NCBI GenBank assembly: GCA_037132255.1
Contig: JBAXPN010000002.1
Location: 12,433 to 76,432, forward strand
Direction: 5' to 3'
Origin: Candidatus Falkowbacteria bacterium
GTDB lineage: Bacteria > Patescibacteriota > Patescibacteriia > Patescibacteriales > UBA12465
Length of the DNA stretch: 64,000 nucleotides
Below the pieces are notes generated by a model. That model made no database searches. It had not been told where the DNA came from and worked only from the letters and a program-made list of their open reading frames with translations. Below, piece after piece: positions 44,281-54,520 of this stretch. Positions within the stretch are counted from its first letter, which is position 1, and each line of letters opens with the position of its first letter. The translations under genes were made by a program, and so were the position numbers.

Positions 44281-45552
44281 TTATTCTCTATTTAAACCAT
44301 TATATATTTTACTTGTCTTCGTTTTTCTTAATGCTTTTAGAAACTGTGATTTTAATTGTCGATTAGCTATTAAAAATTTAGCCGGGCTTAATTTAAATAA
44401 TATACCAACTAAATTACGCAAGAGTTCGTTCGTCCATAAACCGTAGTTATCAAAAATATAATTTTGTAATTTATTAGTTTCAATCGCGGTTATAACACAA
44501 CGTTCAAAGCTATCCAAAGGAACCTCTACTAATTTTTCTCGGCGTTCAATACTTATTGCCTTGACTCCACATTTTCGCTCACAGACTCCGCAACCGATAC
44601 AAATATCCTTATCGACCACAGCTTTTTTATCAATTATTTTAATTGCTTCAACTGGACACTTGGCGACACAGACACCGCAGGCAACACATTTTTCACTATC
44701 AACAAGAGCGAAAAAATTACTATTTATTTTTCGACGATAGCCAATTTTTTTGTAGGCTTGGATTGCTTCGCAGCAACAACCGCAACAATTGCACATCCAA
44801 TTAACTTCGTTCTGAACATTATCTCCAATCTGAACTAAACCATAATCAACACATCTATCTAAAACGGCAAGCGCCTCTTCTTTGCTAATTTTTTTTGCTA
44901 TCTGATGCTTAACTAGACTTTCGGCTGCCGTATTAAAAGTTAAGCAAACATCTTGCGGCGCCTGACAAGCCTTTCCAACGTGTTCCATTTTATGGCGGCA
45001 ATAGCAGGTCCCAACCGTGATACAACTTGCAGAATTAATAATGTGGGTTGCTCTTTCATAATCAAGAACTTCGGACTGGTCTTTACTTTGAATTGTGTTT
45101 TCGTGAACCATCGTTCGCGCAATTGGTGTTTTTTGCATGAGTACTTTTTCCACGAAATCATCTTCTTCGTTAATGTAATTATAAAATAATTCTGATAAAA
45201 CTTTACGATCGAAGCGACCGTCCGTCCTCATTAAAGCGAACTCAAAAAAACCGGCCATTGTTGGCGCTAAAACATAAGTTTGCGTGCCGTTATCATTCAT
45301 GTCGAGCAGAAGTCCTTTGTCAGCTAGTTCGTAAAGGATTTTATTTGTTTCTTCTAGACTTAAGTTCCATCTAGCGGCGGCTTCGCTGGCCGCAAATGGT
45401 TTAACCGGTAAAAGCGAAACTTTTTCCGCCTCTTCTGTGGAGAATAATATTTCTAAAATTTTATAAAGCGACTCTGACTCTGGAGCGCCTTGCGCGTTCA
45501 TGTCTAATCGTTTTTGAAGAGCTAAATAGCTCTTTGAAGTAATGTGTCCCAT
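44281..45552 (-). CDS. cysteine-rich Fe-S protein with C-terminal 2x[4Fe-4S] ferredoxin domain
   Basis: CVACGVCVAKCPVEAI and CIGCGVCERKCGVKAI (two CxxCxxCxxxCP motifs), plus CYCRHK...C and CNCCGCCCE clusters. The N-terminal region looks winged-helix-like. Confidence 0.7.
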   Translation of the reverse strand: MGHITSKSYLALQKRLDMNAQGAPESESLYKILEILFSTEEAEKVSLLPVKPFAASEAAARWNLSLEETNKILYELADKGLLLDMNDNGTQTYVLAPTMAGFFEFALMRTDGRFDRKVLSELFYNYINEEDDFVEKVLMQKTPIARTMVHENTIQSKDQSEVLDYERATHIINSASCITVGTCYCRHKMEHVGKACQAPQDVCLTFNTAAESLVKHQIAKKISKEEALAVLDRCVDYGLVQIGDNVQNEVNWMCNCCGCCCEAIQAYKKIGYRRKINSNFFALVDSEKCVACGVCVAKCPVEAIKIIDKKAVVDKDICIGCGVCERKCGVKAISIERREKLVEVPLDSFERCVITAIETNKLQNYIFDNYGLWTNELLRNLVGILFKLSPAKFLIANRQLKSQFLKALRKTKTSKIYNGLNRE

Positions 45553-45655
45553 ATATTAGATTTTATATATTTTAAGTATAACATATTATGAAATAATTTT
45601 ATGGTGTATTTATTTAAAATAAAAAAGAGGCTTCTTTGTCAGCCCCTTTACTTAA

Positions 45656-46039
45656 TTACTCCTCCCACCCTTCGGTTCCTCTTCTGTAGTTACAAGAGTA
45701 ATACTCCCGAGAAAACGGTGGATTAAGTTGCTCAATTTTCCTGATAGCCAGCGCCTCATCAATAAACTTGCCTGCTTTCTCCTTAAGTATTTCTACTGGA
45801 ATATCTTCATCCAGGGCCGCAAATCTTGCGTCTTCACTTAATTCAACTATAATTTCTACCGTGCGATCAATTCCACAACAACCCCCTTTATTCTTTTTCT
45901 TATTGTGAATGCCGATATCGATAGTAGTCGACTCAATGGCCATTTCTGAGTCTAATTCGGGCAAGATGTTTTCCAGAAAAAATTTCTTAATCCAGTCCTC
46001 GTAAAATCTTTTGTGCCCACACTTAATAATAACCTTCAT
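45656..46039 (-). CDS. hypothetical protein
   Basis: 127-aa ORF with no recognised family. Confidence 0.4.
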   Translation of the reverse strand: MKVIIKCGHKRFYEDWIKKFFLENILPELDSEMAIESTTIDIGIHNKKKNKGGCCGIDRTVEIIVELSEDARFAALDEDIPVEILKEKAGKFIDEALAIRKIEQLNPPFSREYYSCNYRRGTEGWEE

Positions 46040-46061
46040 TTTTTCTCCTTTCTAAAAAAGT

Positions 46062-46256
46062 TTACGTACCAATAGTGGCCGGCGGATTTACACTTCCCAC
46101 CCAAAGAATTAAAGTAAGTATGCCAGAAATAGCGAGAATTGGCATCGTAATTGACGTGCTTTTAGGGAATCTCTCCGGCTGGACGCCAGACCAGAAGTAG
46201 GTAACAATTGCAAACAAAACGACAGCAGTAACAAAATAAACGATGAACACGTACAT
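46062..46256 (-). CDS. small membrane protein (2 TM)
   Basis: 64-aa ORF with two hydrophobic helices. Confidence 0.35.
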   Translation of the reverse strand: MYVFIVYFVTAVVLFAIVTYFWSGVQPERFPKSTSITMPILAISGILTLILWVGSVNPPATIGT

Positions 46257-46460
46257 GATTAATCCTCCATTATTAGTGAAACAAATTGTTATTAATGATC
46301 AATGCTAAATTCTACAATGTTACTAACTATTTGTCAATAAGATTGCTCTCTATTTAGGGATAAAATAAAAAAAACCTTAATATTAGAGTTATTTTTATGT
46401 GGGTGGCCAATCGAAAAGCTTGGCAAACTTTTTTAATGAAATATTTTGTAAATTGATATA

Positions 46461-46491
46461 AAAAGCGCCCAAAAAGTTGGGCGCAAAAAAA
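46461..46491 (-). terminator. intrinsic terminator of the 46498..47001 gene
   Basis: Minus strand: GCGCCCA-ACTTTT-TGGGCGC followed by TTTT. Confidence 0.6.
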
Positions 46492-46497
46492 TAAATA

Positions 46498-47001
46498 CTA
46501 AATAAATGTAAATACAAATCTGGAACCACTGGAATATTTAACCATAATTCCAATATTTTTAGCATCCAATTGTTTGCTTGCTAAAGTAAATACATATTCG
46601 TCTGTTGTGCTCATCCAAGTATTATAACTTATTGGACGCATACTTAAAGTTCCTGACACCCTACACAGGTTATTGATTCCCAATAAATCATGCGGACATT
46701 CGCCCAAACCCATTGTCTCTGCCCGCCCAATTATTTCTTTATAGACGAGTGAGCAACCCTCTAGGCCCAAGTCGGATAGCAACATACTAACAAATTTCAC
46801 CTGACGTTCTTTGCTCAATTGGAAATTTCCAGAACTTATAACTTTTTGGGCTAATTCTGTAATTTTCAGCCGATTGTTTAATCCTTCTTTGATTTCTGCT
46901 TGGTTTTTCCCGCCCAAACTTAATTGGAACAAATCAATGCGGCCGCTATCGAGCGCGTCCTTAAAATTAGGATGCTTTTCAATAAAATCATCTTTCATCA
47001 T
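46498..47001 (-). CDS. hypothetical protein
   Basis: 167-aa ORF with no recognised family. Confidence 0.45.
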   Translation of the reverse strand: MMKDDFIEKHPNFKDALDSGRIDLFQLSLGGKNQAEIKEGLNNRLKITELAQKVISSGNFQLSKERQVKFVSMLLSDLGLEGCSLVYKEIIGRAETMGLGECPHDLLGINNLCRVSGTLSMRPISYNTWMSTTDEYVFTLASKQLDAKNIGIMVKYSSGSRFVFTFI

Positions 47002-47223
47002 TTCTTGAATATTTAGATTAAATAATTTGGTTAATTATTAAATCTACTAGAACTAACAGACTTAATAATTAACCTAATCATTTTTTTTCAATGGACTATA
47101 TAACACTAAAATATAACATTATTACTATATTCTGTCAATTAGTTTATATTCCCTTTAGGATTAGGCCATTTTTAATAAAAAAATAGCCCTTTTTATTGGG
47201 ATATTTTTACTTCACTTCTAGGG

Positions 47224-47295
47224 GGTGCCTAGAGGGAATCGGACCCTCGCTAACGGGACCACAACCCGCCGTTCTACCATTAAACCATAGGCACC
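47224..47295 (-). tRNA. tRNA-His (anticodon GTG) with encoded G-1
   Basis: An extra 5' G opposite C73, acceptor GTGCCTA/TAGGCAC, anticodon arm GCGGG-TTGTGGT-CCCGT, T arm GAGGG-TCCGATT-CCCTC. Confidence 0.8.
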
Positions 47296-47316
47296 ATAAA
47301 TTGTTTCTCAGAAACG

Positions 47317-47388
47317 TACGCCCGGGGGGAGTCGAACCCTCGTCTAGAGCTTAGAAGGCTCCCGTTCTATCCGCTGAACTACGGGCGC
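47317..47388 (-). tRNA. tRNA-Arg (anticodon TCT)
   Basis: Acceptor GCGCCCG/CGGGCGT (G1-U72), D arm GTTC...GAAC, anticodon arm GGAGC-CTTCTAA-GCTCT, T loop TTCGACT. Confidence 0.8.
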
Positions 47389-47477
47389 GATACGCATTTT
47401 GATTAATTCTTGTCTTATATTAATAGAATTATTCACTATTGTCAAACGCCAAAAAGTTTATTACGGCGCTTTTTCTA

Positions 47478-48260
47478 TTATTCTCTCTGTCTTAAGGCCT
47501 CATACATTAAAACAGCCGCCGAAACTGATACATTTAGGGAATCTATTCCCTTTTCCATTGGAATCTTTACTAATTTATCCGCTCTTTTCAACCACTTATC
47601 ACTTAAACCATTTGCTTCTGATCCAAGAACAATAGCTAGTGAGCTGTTCATTTTTTCCTTTGTATAAATATTTTTTCCGCTAGTCGCCGCCGCAAAACTA
47701 CTAATCTTATTCTCTTTAAGCCAGGCACACGTCTCCTCGACCGAGGCAATAATTATTGGCACTTTAAAAATAAAGCCCTCGCTTGCCCGTATTACATTCG
47801 GATTATATATGTCTGTCTGGTTATCATTAATAATAATTGCGTCTACGCCAACAGCGTAGGCCGTTCTTAGAATAGCCCCCAAATTACCTGGTTTTTCAAC
47901 AGCCTCAAGAATAATTATCAATGGCTTTTTTGAAATTTTAATTCCTTTTAGTTTGCTCGCTCCCATTTTTATTAAAGCAAAATAACCATCCGGATTTTCC
48001 TTATAGCATATTTTTTCGAACACCGCCTCGGATGTTTCCGTAATAAGTTCGCGATTCAGACCAAAAAAATCCTTTACCTCTTTTTTGACGAGCGCGGGAC
48101 AATAAAATAACTCAACTATCTCATGCCCAGATAGTTTAGCTAATTCAATTTCTCTAACCCCATCTACTATTATTAGCCCCCTTTCTTTTCTTTCACTCGC
48201 TTTCTTTAATTTAACAATGTCTTTGATTTTTTGGTTGTTGATGCTATTAATTAGATTCAT
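47478..48260 (-). CDS. TrmH/SpoU-family RNA 2'-O-methyltransferase (RlmB-like)
   Basis: EKPGNLGAILRTA, IVLGSEANGLS and IPMEKGIDSLNVSVSAAVLMYE, the SPOUT motifs 1-3. Confidence 0.85.
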   Translation of the reverse strand: MNLINSINNQKIKDIVKLKKASERKERGLIIVDGVREIELAKLSGHEIVELFYCPALVKKEVKDFFGLNRELITETSEAVFEKICYKENPDGYFALIKMGASKLKGIKISKKPLIIILEAVEKPGNLGAILRTAYAVGVDAIIINDNQTDIYNPNVIRASEGFIFKVPIIIASVEETCAWLKENKISSFAAATSGKNIYTKEKMNSSLAIVLGSEANGLSDKWLKRADKLVKIPMEKGIDSLNVSVSAAVLMYEALRQRE

Positions 48261-48389
48261 AGAATTATATTTAAAAACAGATTATTCTTATTATAAAACA
48301 AATCCAAACAAAGGTATAATATCCAACAATTAGCATAATTCTAAAAAGAATTAATTTCTGCTATAATGGGGGTATCTTAATAATATTTT

Positions 48390-51230
48390 ATGCCAATTCC
48401 ACAACTAAAATCACGCAATCAGGGTCCTTGGAAAGAGGGGCCTAGCCGCGATAATTCACGCCGAAAGGTCAAAAAAAGCTTAAAAAAAAGGCTGTTTTTA
48501 TATGCCCTGCTTCTTTTTGCTGCGTTTGCGCTAATCTCTGTGATAGCCATTGCCTGGCTTTCGCGTGATCTTCCGAATCCAAATCAATTAATAAACCGCG
48601 AGGTTGCCCAGAGTACAAAAATTTACGACCGCTCCGGCGAAAATATTCTCTATGAAATTAGCGGTGAGCAAAGACGCACCCTTGTCCCCTTAAGCGCCAT
48701 CCCTGATCATGTTAAACAGGCAACAATTTCGATTGAAGATAAAAACTTTTATAAGCACGGCGGCTTTAGTGTTTGGGCCATGATTAGAACGGTGATTACC
48801 AACGTGGTTTATAATCGCAGTGCTGGTGGATCCACCTTGACTCAGCAATTTATTAAAAATGCAGTTTTATCAAATGAAAAAACTGTTACCAGAAAAATAA
48901 AAGAATTAATTCTTGCTTATCAATTAGAAAAGAAATTCTCTAAGGATGATATTTTACAGATGTACTTGAACGAGATTCCTTACGGCTCGAATGCTTATGG
49001 TGTTGAGGCTGCCAGTCAAAAGTATTTTGGTAAAGGTGTTGCCGATTTAAGCTTAGCCGAGTCTGCTGTTTTAGCGGCCCTTCCCCAATCCCCTAGCCGC
49101 TATTCGCCATATGGTGCCAATAAAGATTTACTACTTGGTCGTAAAGATTATATTTTAGATTTAATGGTTGAACAGGGTTATATTTCTAGCGCTGAAAGAG
49201 ATGAGGCAAAAAAACAGGAGATTGTTTTTAAAGGACGTGATAATAATATTACCGCCCCTCATTTCGTCATGTATATCAAAGATATTTTGGCCGAAAAATA
49301 CGGTGAGAAAATGGTTGAACAAGAAGGTTTAAAAATATATACCACGCTCGATTTATATAAACAAAAAATAGCCGAAGAAACTATTACTGAAAAAACCAAA
49401 GACTATTCTGAAAAATATGGAGCAAATAATGCCGCCCTTGTCTCGATTGATCCGAAGACCGGACAGATTTTAGCCATGGTTGGTTCGCGTGATTATTTTG
49501 ATGACTCTATCGACGGGCAAGTTAACGTTGCCACGCGACCGCGCCAACCAGGTTCCTCAATGAAGCCAATTGTTTATGCCGCCTTATTTGAAAAAGGATA
49601 CACGCCAGACACAATCCTTTATGACGTTGTTACGAATTTTTCCACCAACTCCGCCGAACCATATATTCCTCATAATTATAACGGCGCTGAGTATGGTCCA
49701 GTAAAAATTAGACAAGCACTCGCCGGATCTTTAAATATTCCAGCTGTTAAGGCGATATATTTAGCTGGCATTAATAGCGTTATTGATTTAGCTGAAAGTC
49801 TGGGTTACACAACGCTGTACCCTAGAAGTCGCTTTGGTCTATCTCTTGTTTTGGGTGGTGGCGAAGTAAAACTTTTGGAACACACTAATGCTTATAGCGC
49901 ATTTGCGCGCGATGGCCAAATGAGTCCAATTGTTAGTATTTTAAAAATTGAAGATAAAAATGGAAAAGTTATCGAAGAATATCAGCCGAGCGAAAAAAAG
50001 GTTTTAGATTCGCAGGTGGCACGAATGATAAATAGCATTCTTAGTGATAATGCCGCCAGAACCTTTATTTTTGGCGCAAAAAATTATTTAACTCTTGGCG
50101 ATAGACCGGTGGCCGCAAAAACTGGAACCACTAATGATTTCCATGATGCTTGGGCTATGGGCTACACACCATCTCTTGTCACTGGTGTCTGGGTGGGAAA
50201 TAGTGATAACAAGGCGATGAAGGGTAAGGCTGACGGTAGTGTTTTGGCTGCTCCGATTTGGCACGACTATATGTTAAAAGTTTTAGGTGATACGCCGAGT
50301 GAAAACTTCAAGGCACCCGACGACTACAAGACCGGCAAAGCGATTCTAGACGGCCAAATTCCGTCGCAAGCAGTACAAGTTGATAAAAGCTCTGGCTCAC
50401 TCGCCACAAGCTCAACGCCGCCCGAATTAATTGAAGAGCGCAACGCCCTTGTTAATCACAATATTTTATTTTATGTAGATAAGGACAACCCTCGCGGCGA
50501 TATTCCAAAAAATCCAGCAAACGATCCTCAATTTACTCTCTGGGAAGACGCTGTCCAGAACTGGGCCACCAAAAATTCAAGCTCTTCCTCTATTGTTCTT
50601 CCAACAGATTATGATACAAACCATAAACCAGAAAATAAGCCAACACTTAGTATTTCTACGCCCGTAAAAAATCAAACAATTAGTAGCCCGAGTCTAGATA
50701 TTAATATCAGCGCCTCGGCTCCGCGCGGAATTAGTCGGGTCGATTATTTTATCAATGATAATCTTTGGCAAACAAAGTGGGGTGAGCCGAGCGCATTTTC
50801 TGCCCCAATGAACTTCCTGAGCAATGGCTATCAAACTCTAAAAATTAAGGCGTGTGATGATGTTCAAAATTGCAGCGAGGAATCAATTAATTTTAATCTA
50901 TTAATTAATAATAATCCGGTAGGTGCTGGAAAAAATTCTCTCTCCCTAATATCTCCAAACTCTAATCTTGCTTTAAATACTATAGACTTTCCTCTTTCTC
51001 TAGCCTTCCAAATAAGCCACCCCGAGCGCGCTGCGCAAATAAACTTACTGTTCCGAGATAAGGATGGAAAAATTAGCACACCAAAAACCGTTAATGGCCC
51101 TCTTGGTGCTAGTATAACCTTAAGTTGGGACACTCCGCCGCCAAGCGGTACATATTCCCTTTTTGGTGAACTTCGCGACTGGAGTGGGGAAATAATAAAG
51201 AGCTCCGAGATTAAAGCAACAGTAAACTAA
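48390..51230 (+). CDS. bifunctional class A penicillin-binding protein (PBP1A family) with long C-terminal extension
   Basis: GT51 motifs IEDKNFYKHGG and GGSTLTQQ. Transpeptidase motifs SSMKP (SxxK), SLN and KTGTT. It has an N-terminal TM anchor and about 250 aa of extra C-terminal beta-rich sequence. Confidence 0.92.
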   Translation: MPIPQLKSRNQGPWKEGPSRDNSRRKVKKSLKKRLFLYALLLFAAFALISVIAIAWLSRDLPNPNQLINREVAQSTKIYDRSGENILYEISGEQRRTLVPLSAIPDHVKQATISIEDKNFYKHGGFSVWAMIRTVITNVVYNRSAGGSTLTQQFIKNAVLSNEKTVTRKIKELILAYQLEKKFSKDDILQMYLNEIPYGSNAYGVEAASQKYFGKGVADLSLAESAVLAALPQSPSRYSPYGANKDLLLGRKDYILDLMVEQGYISSAERDEAKKQEIVFKGRDNNITAPHFVMYIKDILAEKYGEKMVEQEGLKIYTTLDLYKQKIAEETITEKTKDYSEKYGANNAALVSIDPKTGQILAMVGSRDYFDDSIDGQVNVATRPRQPGSSMKPIVYAALFEKGYTPDTILYDVVTNFSTNSAEPYIPHNYNGAEYGPVKIRQALAGSLNIPAVKAIYLAGINSVIDLAESLGYTTLYPRSRFGLSLVLGGGEVKLLEHTNAYSAFARDGQMSPIVSILKIEDKNGKVIEEYQPSEKKVLDSQVARMINSILSDNAARTFIFGAKNYLTLGDRPVAAKTGTTNDFHDAWAMGYTPSLVTGVWVGNSDNKAMKGKADGSVLAAPIWHDYMLKVLGDTPSENFKAPDDYKTGKAILDGQIPSQAVQVDKSSGSLATSSTPPELIEERNALVNHNILFYVDKDNPRGDIPKNPANDPQFTLWEDAVQNWATKNSSSSSIVLPTDYDTNHKPENKPTLSISTPVKNQTISSPSLDINISASAPRGISRVDYFINDNLWQTKWGEPSAFSAPMNFLSNGYQTLKIKACDDVQNCSEESINFNLLINNNPVGAGKNSLSLISPNSNLALNTIDFPLSLAFQISHPERAAQINLLFRDKDGKISTPKTVNGPLGASITLSWDTPPPSGTYSLFGELRDWSGEIIKSSEIKATVN

Positions 51231-51241
51231 AACATGAATAG

Positions 51242-51267
51242 AAAACCACCGTCTCTGGTGGTTTTTT
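51242..51267. terminator. intrinsic terminator, bidirectional
   Basis: AACCACC-GTCTCT-GGTGGTT followed by T-run. Confidence 0.65.
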
Positions 51268-51293
51268 ATTTCTATCTTAATTCAACTTTCTTT

Positions 51294-52418
51294 TTATTGT
51301 CTGATCGGCATTACTATATATAAATACTTTTCATCTTTCTCCGGCTTCAAAACACACGGCGTAGCATTATTAAGTACGCCCAAGCGAACCATTTCTCCTT
51401 CTATATTGTTTAGACCATCTAATAAATAGCGATAATTTATTGTGACCTCATTGTCTCCGCCCTTAACATCTGCTTCAAGCTCAATTTGGCTTTCTCCACT
51501 TGTTCCTGAAAACGCCGATACAACAATCTTCTCTTTAAAGAAGAGCAGGGTGATGTCGTTAATTCCAGTTTTTGAAAAGAGGGCTGCGGCCTTAACAGCT
51601 CTTGTAAGCTCCGTTCGCTCCACCAATACATCAGTCTGGCTTTTAGTGGGAATTATTTGTTTGTAGTCAGGGTAGTGTCCGTTTATTAATCTTGATATTA
51701 GTTCTACTGAGTCTACGGTAAACAAAATTTGGTTTTCTGCGAGATAAAATTTTACCTCCTGGTCTTCACCGAGCTCAGTTCCTTCTAAATTGCTAAGCAC
51801 TCTTAATAATTCTTGAACTGTTTTCGCCGGAACAATAATTTTCTGCTCTCCTTCGATCCCGCTCGCGGAAACCGCGAGCTCTCTCTCTGCTAAGCGGTAA
51901 CTATCTGTTGAGGCAAGACTCAATTCATTTTTATTAAAGGAAAAGAGAACTCCAGTAAGCTCAATTCTATTTTCACTACTTGAAACAGCAAACACGACGC
52001 TATTAAGAGCCTTCTTTAATTCCCCACTCTTACAGGCGTAGTAGCCAGTTCTTGGTATTGTTGGAATTAATGGGAAGTCTTTTGCCGACTCTCCTTTAAT
52101 TTTTGTTTTATAACTTCCACACTCAATCTTAAGTTCATTGTCTTTCACTTCAACCTTTACCTTTTCTCCACCACTTAATAAATTAACATATTCCCCGATC
52201 AACTTCGAGTCGACCGTAAACGAACCTTCTGATTCAATCTTCCCTCTAACCTGATGGGTGATTCCAATTTCTAGATTTGTACTTACAAATTCAATATTCC
52301 CATTCTCAGCCTTTATTAAAATATTATTTAATATCGGGAGATTAATGTTCTTTGTGGTTACATGTCCAGTTATACTTAAGCCTCTTTTTAGATTCTCTTG
52401 CAGGCTAATAAATTGCAT
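51294..52418 (-). CDS. dnaN: DNA polymerase III beta sliding clamp
   Basis: 374 aa, MQFISLQENLKRGLSITGHVTTKNINLPILNNILIKAE..., with the typical three-domain length and a position downstream of dnaA. Confidence 0.9.
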   Translation of the reverse strand: MQFISLQENLKRGLSITGHVTTKNINLPILNNILIKAENGNIEFVSTNLEIGITHQVRGKIESEGSFTVDSKLIGEYVNLLSGGEKVKVEVKDNELKIECGSYKTKIKGESAKDFPLIPTIPRTGYYACKSGELKKALNSVVFAVSSSENRIELTGVLFSFNKNELSLASTDSYRLAERELAVSASGIEGEQKIIVPAKTVQELLRVLSNLEGTELGEDQEVKFYLAENQILFTVDSVELISRLINGHYPDYKQIIPTKSQTDVLVERTELTRAVKAAALFSKTGINDITLLFFKEKIVVSAFSGTSGESQIELEADVKGGDNEVTINYRYLLDGLNNIEGEMVRLGVLNNATPCVLKPEKDEKYLYIVMPIRQ

Positions 52419-52694
52419 ATGTTTAATTGCTTGTATTATATATTAATTTATATATAAATAAATAATAACAATAATAAGGGACGGGATAACTTTATAAATT
52501 TGGCATTTAATGGTTTTTTATTGGCAAATGATTTGATTTTCTTGTTGAAAGCTCGGTATATATTTAGGGTAAAGCTTTTTGTACTTTGTGGGTAAGTAGG
52601 TAAAATAATTTTTTATCAACATTCTACAACACTCAATCCACGGAGTCCAAACAAGTTACTAACAGCTTAATCCACAGAACGGAGAAAAAAACTG
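52419..52694. other. candidate oriC (dnaA-dnaN intergenic region)
   Basis: 276-bp non-coding gap. DnaA-box-like 9-mers are TGTGGGTAA (52587-52595), TAATCCACA (52668-52676) and CAATCCACG (52634-52642). An almost pure A/T tract lies at 52425-52478. Confidence 0.55.
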
Positions 52695-54140
52695 TTAATA
52701 AGTGTGTCCAAAGAGTTGACGAATAGACTCAATTTCTTGTTTTATTTTCTCATTGCCCTTTTCCTTAACCTCTTGATAGATTTTATTATAGGCGTGCATA
52801 GCGGTTGTGTGATCGCGACCACCCAACTCATTTCCAATAGTTGGATAGGAGGTGTTGAGTTCTTCACGAATTAAGAAAATGGAAATTTGGCGTGGCCAGA
52901 CCAACTCTTTCTTGCGACCACTACTAATAATATCTTTATAGCTAATGTTATAAAACTTGGCGACGGCTTCGATAATCTCCTTTGGTGTAAGAGACTTTGT
53001 CTGAATATTAGAAATATAGTCCCCTAAAACCTCCTTAACTGTCTTAATTGAGGGGGTTAGGCCTTTAAATTGATGTGAGGCGATTACTTTAGTAAGGGCG
53101 CCCTCAAGTTCACGAATATTGTTTTGAACGTGCTCGGCAATATATAAAAGCATTTCACGATCCAATATTCCACCTTTTTCAAGAGATTTTTTCTCTAAAA
53201 TTGCGATTTTAGTCTCGATGTCTGGTTTTCCAACGTCCGCAACCATGCCGGCCTCAAAGCGGGAAACCAAGCGCTTCTCGATGGCGGGAATAGACTTTGG
53301 CGCGCGGTCTGACGTTAAGACAATTTGTTTATCGTTTTGTAGTAGTTCGTTGAAAGTATGAAAAAATTCTTCCTGTGTTCCATCTTTGCCACCCATGAAT
53401 TGGACATCGTCGACCAAGAGAAGGTCAACGTTGCGGTAAAGATTTTTAAATTCTTTTGCTTTGCCCGTTGTAACCGCTTGAATATAATTGTTGGTAAATT
53501 TTTCACTGGTTGTATAAAGAATTTTGTCTGTTTTTTTTGCGACCTCGTTGCCGATAGCTTGGAGTAAATGGGTTTTACCAAGACCAACTCCTCCATATAT
53601 AAAGAGGGGGTTGTATGATTTTCCTAAATTGTTAACAACGGCGAGACAGGCGGCGTGTGCTAACTCATTACCTTTGCCAACAATAAAATTTTCAAAAACA
53701 TAGCGGGTGTTCAGGCCATGGCGTCCAACATTATTCCCATTCCCATTCCCACTAATTGGGTTTGAATGAACTCCGGAACCACTGGCCGCAGGAGTTGATG
53801 GTGGAAAATTATTAGAGCTTTTATTTTCATTATTTTCAGTTTCGGTTTTTATTTCTGGGCTATTGATTTGAAAAGTTGTGTTATTTCCCCGGCGTAGCTC
53901 AATTTTATAAATAATCTCTTTAATAGATTGTTTGGTTACATTCTCAAGCGCACTAAGAGTATTTTTGTGATATTTCTCTTCAAGCCATTTTTTTACAAAA
54001 GCGTTGGGTACGCAAATAACAACCCGCTCGTTTTCGAAAGAAGAAATAAAAGTATCTTTAAACCAAGTAATAAAATTAGCTCGGGATAAACTTACCTCAA
54101 TCTCCCCTAATACGGCCTGCCAGACTTGTTCGTTAGTCAT
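52695..54140 (-). CDS. dnaA: chromosomal replication initiator DnaA
   Basis: GGVGLGKTHLLQA (Walker A), LLVDDVQF, and the C-terminal DNA-binding domain ELGGRDHTTAMHA. Confidence 0.95.
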   Translation of the reverse strand: MTNEQVWQAVLGEIEVSLSRANFITWFKDTFISSFENERVVICVPNAFVKKWLEEKYHKNTLSALENVTKQSIKEIIYKIELRRGNNTTFQINSPEIKTETENNENKSSNNFPPSTPAASGSGVHSNPISGNGNGNNVGRHGLNTRYVFENFIVGKGNELAHAACLAVVNNLGKSYNPLFIYGGVGLGKTHLLQAIGNEVAKKTDKILYTTSEKFTNNYIQAVTTGKAKEFKNLYRNVDLLLVDDVQFMGGKDGTQEEFFHTFNELLQNDKQIVLTSDRAPKSIPAIEKRLVSRFEAGMVADVGKPDIETKIAILEKKSLEKGGILDREMLLYIAEHVQNNIRELEGALTKVIASHQFKGLTPSIKTVKEVLGDYISNIQTKSLTPKEIIEAVAKFYNISYKDIISSGRKKELVWPRQISIFLIREELNTSYPTIGNELGGRDHTTAMHAYNKIYQEVKEKGNEKIKQEIESIRQLFGHTY

Positions 54141-54367
54141 AAGTAGTGTGGGATTAGGAACTATTAAAACAATTAATATTTCAGTTTTTTTATAGTAATA
54201 TAATTATATTCGAAACAGACAGTAATAACAAGATAAAGCCCTGTTATAAATATGTTAACAAAAGGGGGATAAGTTGAAATTAGGGCTTTCTGCCCCGATT
54301 GACTTTAGTAAATAAAGATGTTATCTTATAGAAACGAATATCAATTATTTAAAGTTATATCTTACTT

Positions 54368-54505
54368 ATGCCGAAGAGAACCTACCAACCGAATAAACGT
54401 CGGGCTAGCAAAAAGCACGGTTTCTTAAAGAGAATGCAGACTGAAGATGGTCGAGTGGTCCTAAAGAGACGCCGCGACAAAGGTCGTAAAAAACTCAGCA
54501 AATAG
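54368..54505 (+). CDS. rpmH: 50S ribosomal protein L34
   Basis: Hand-translated as [45 protein letters not shown] (45 aa), below the ORF-track cutoff. It has the classic position upstream of rnpA. Confidence 0.92.
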   Translation: MPKRTYQPNKRRASKKHGFLKRMQTEDGRVVLKRRRDKGRKKLSK

Positions 54506-54520
54506 AAATAAACGGCTTCC

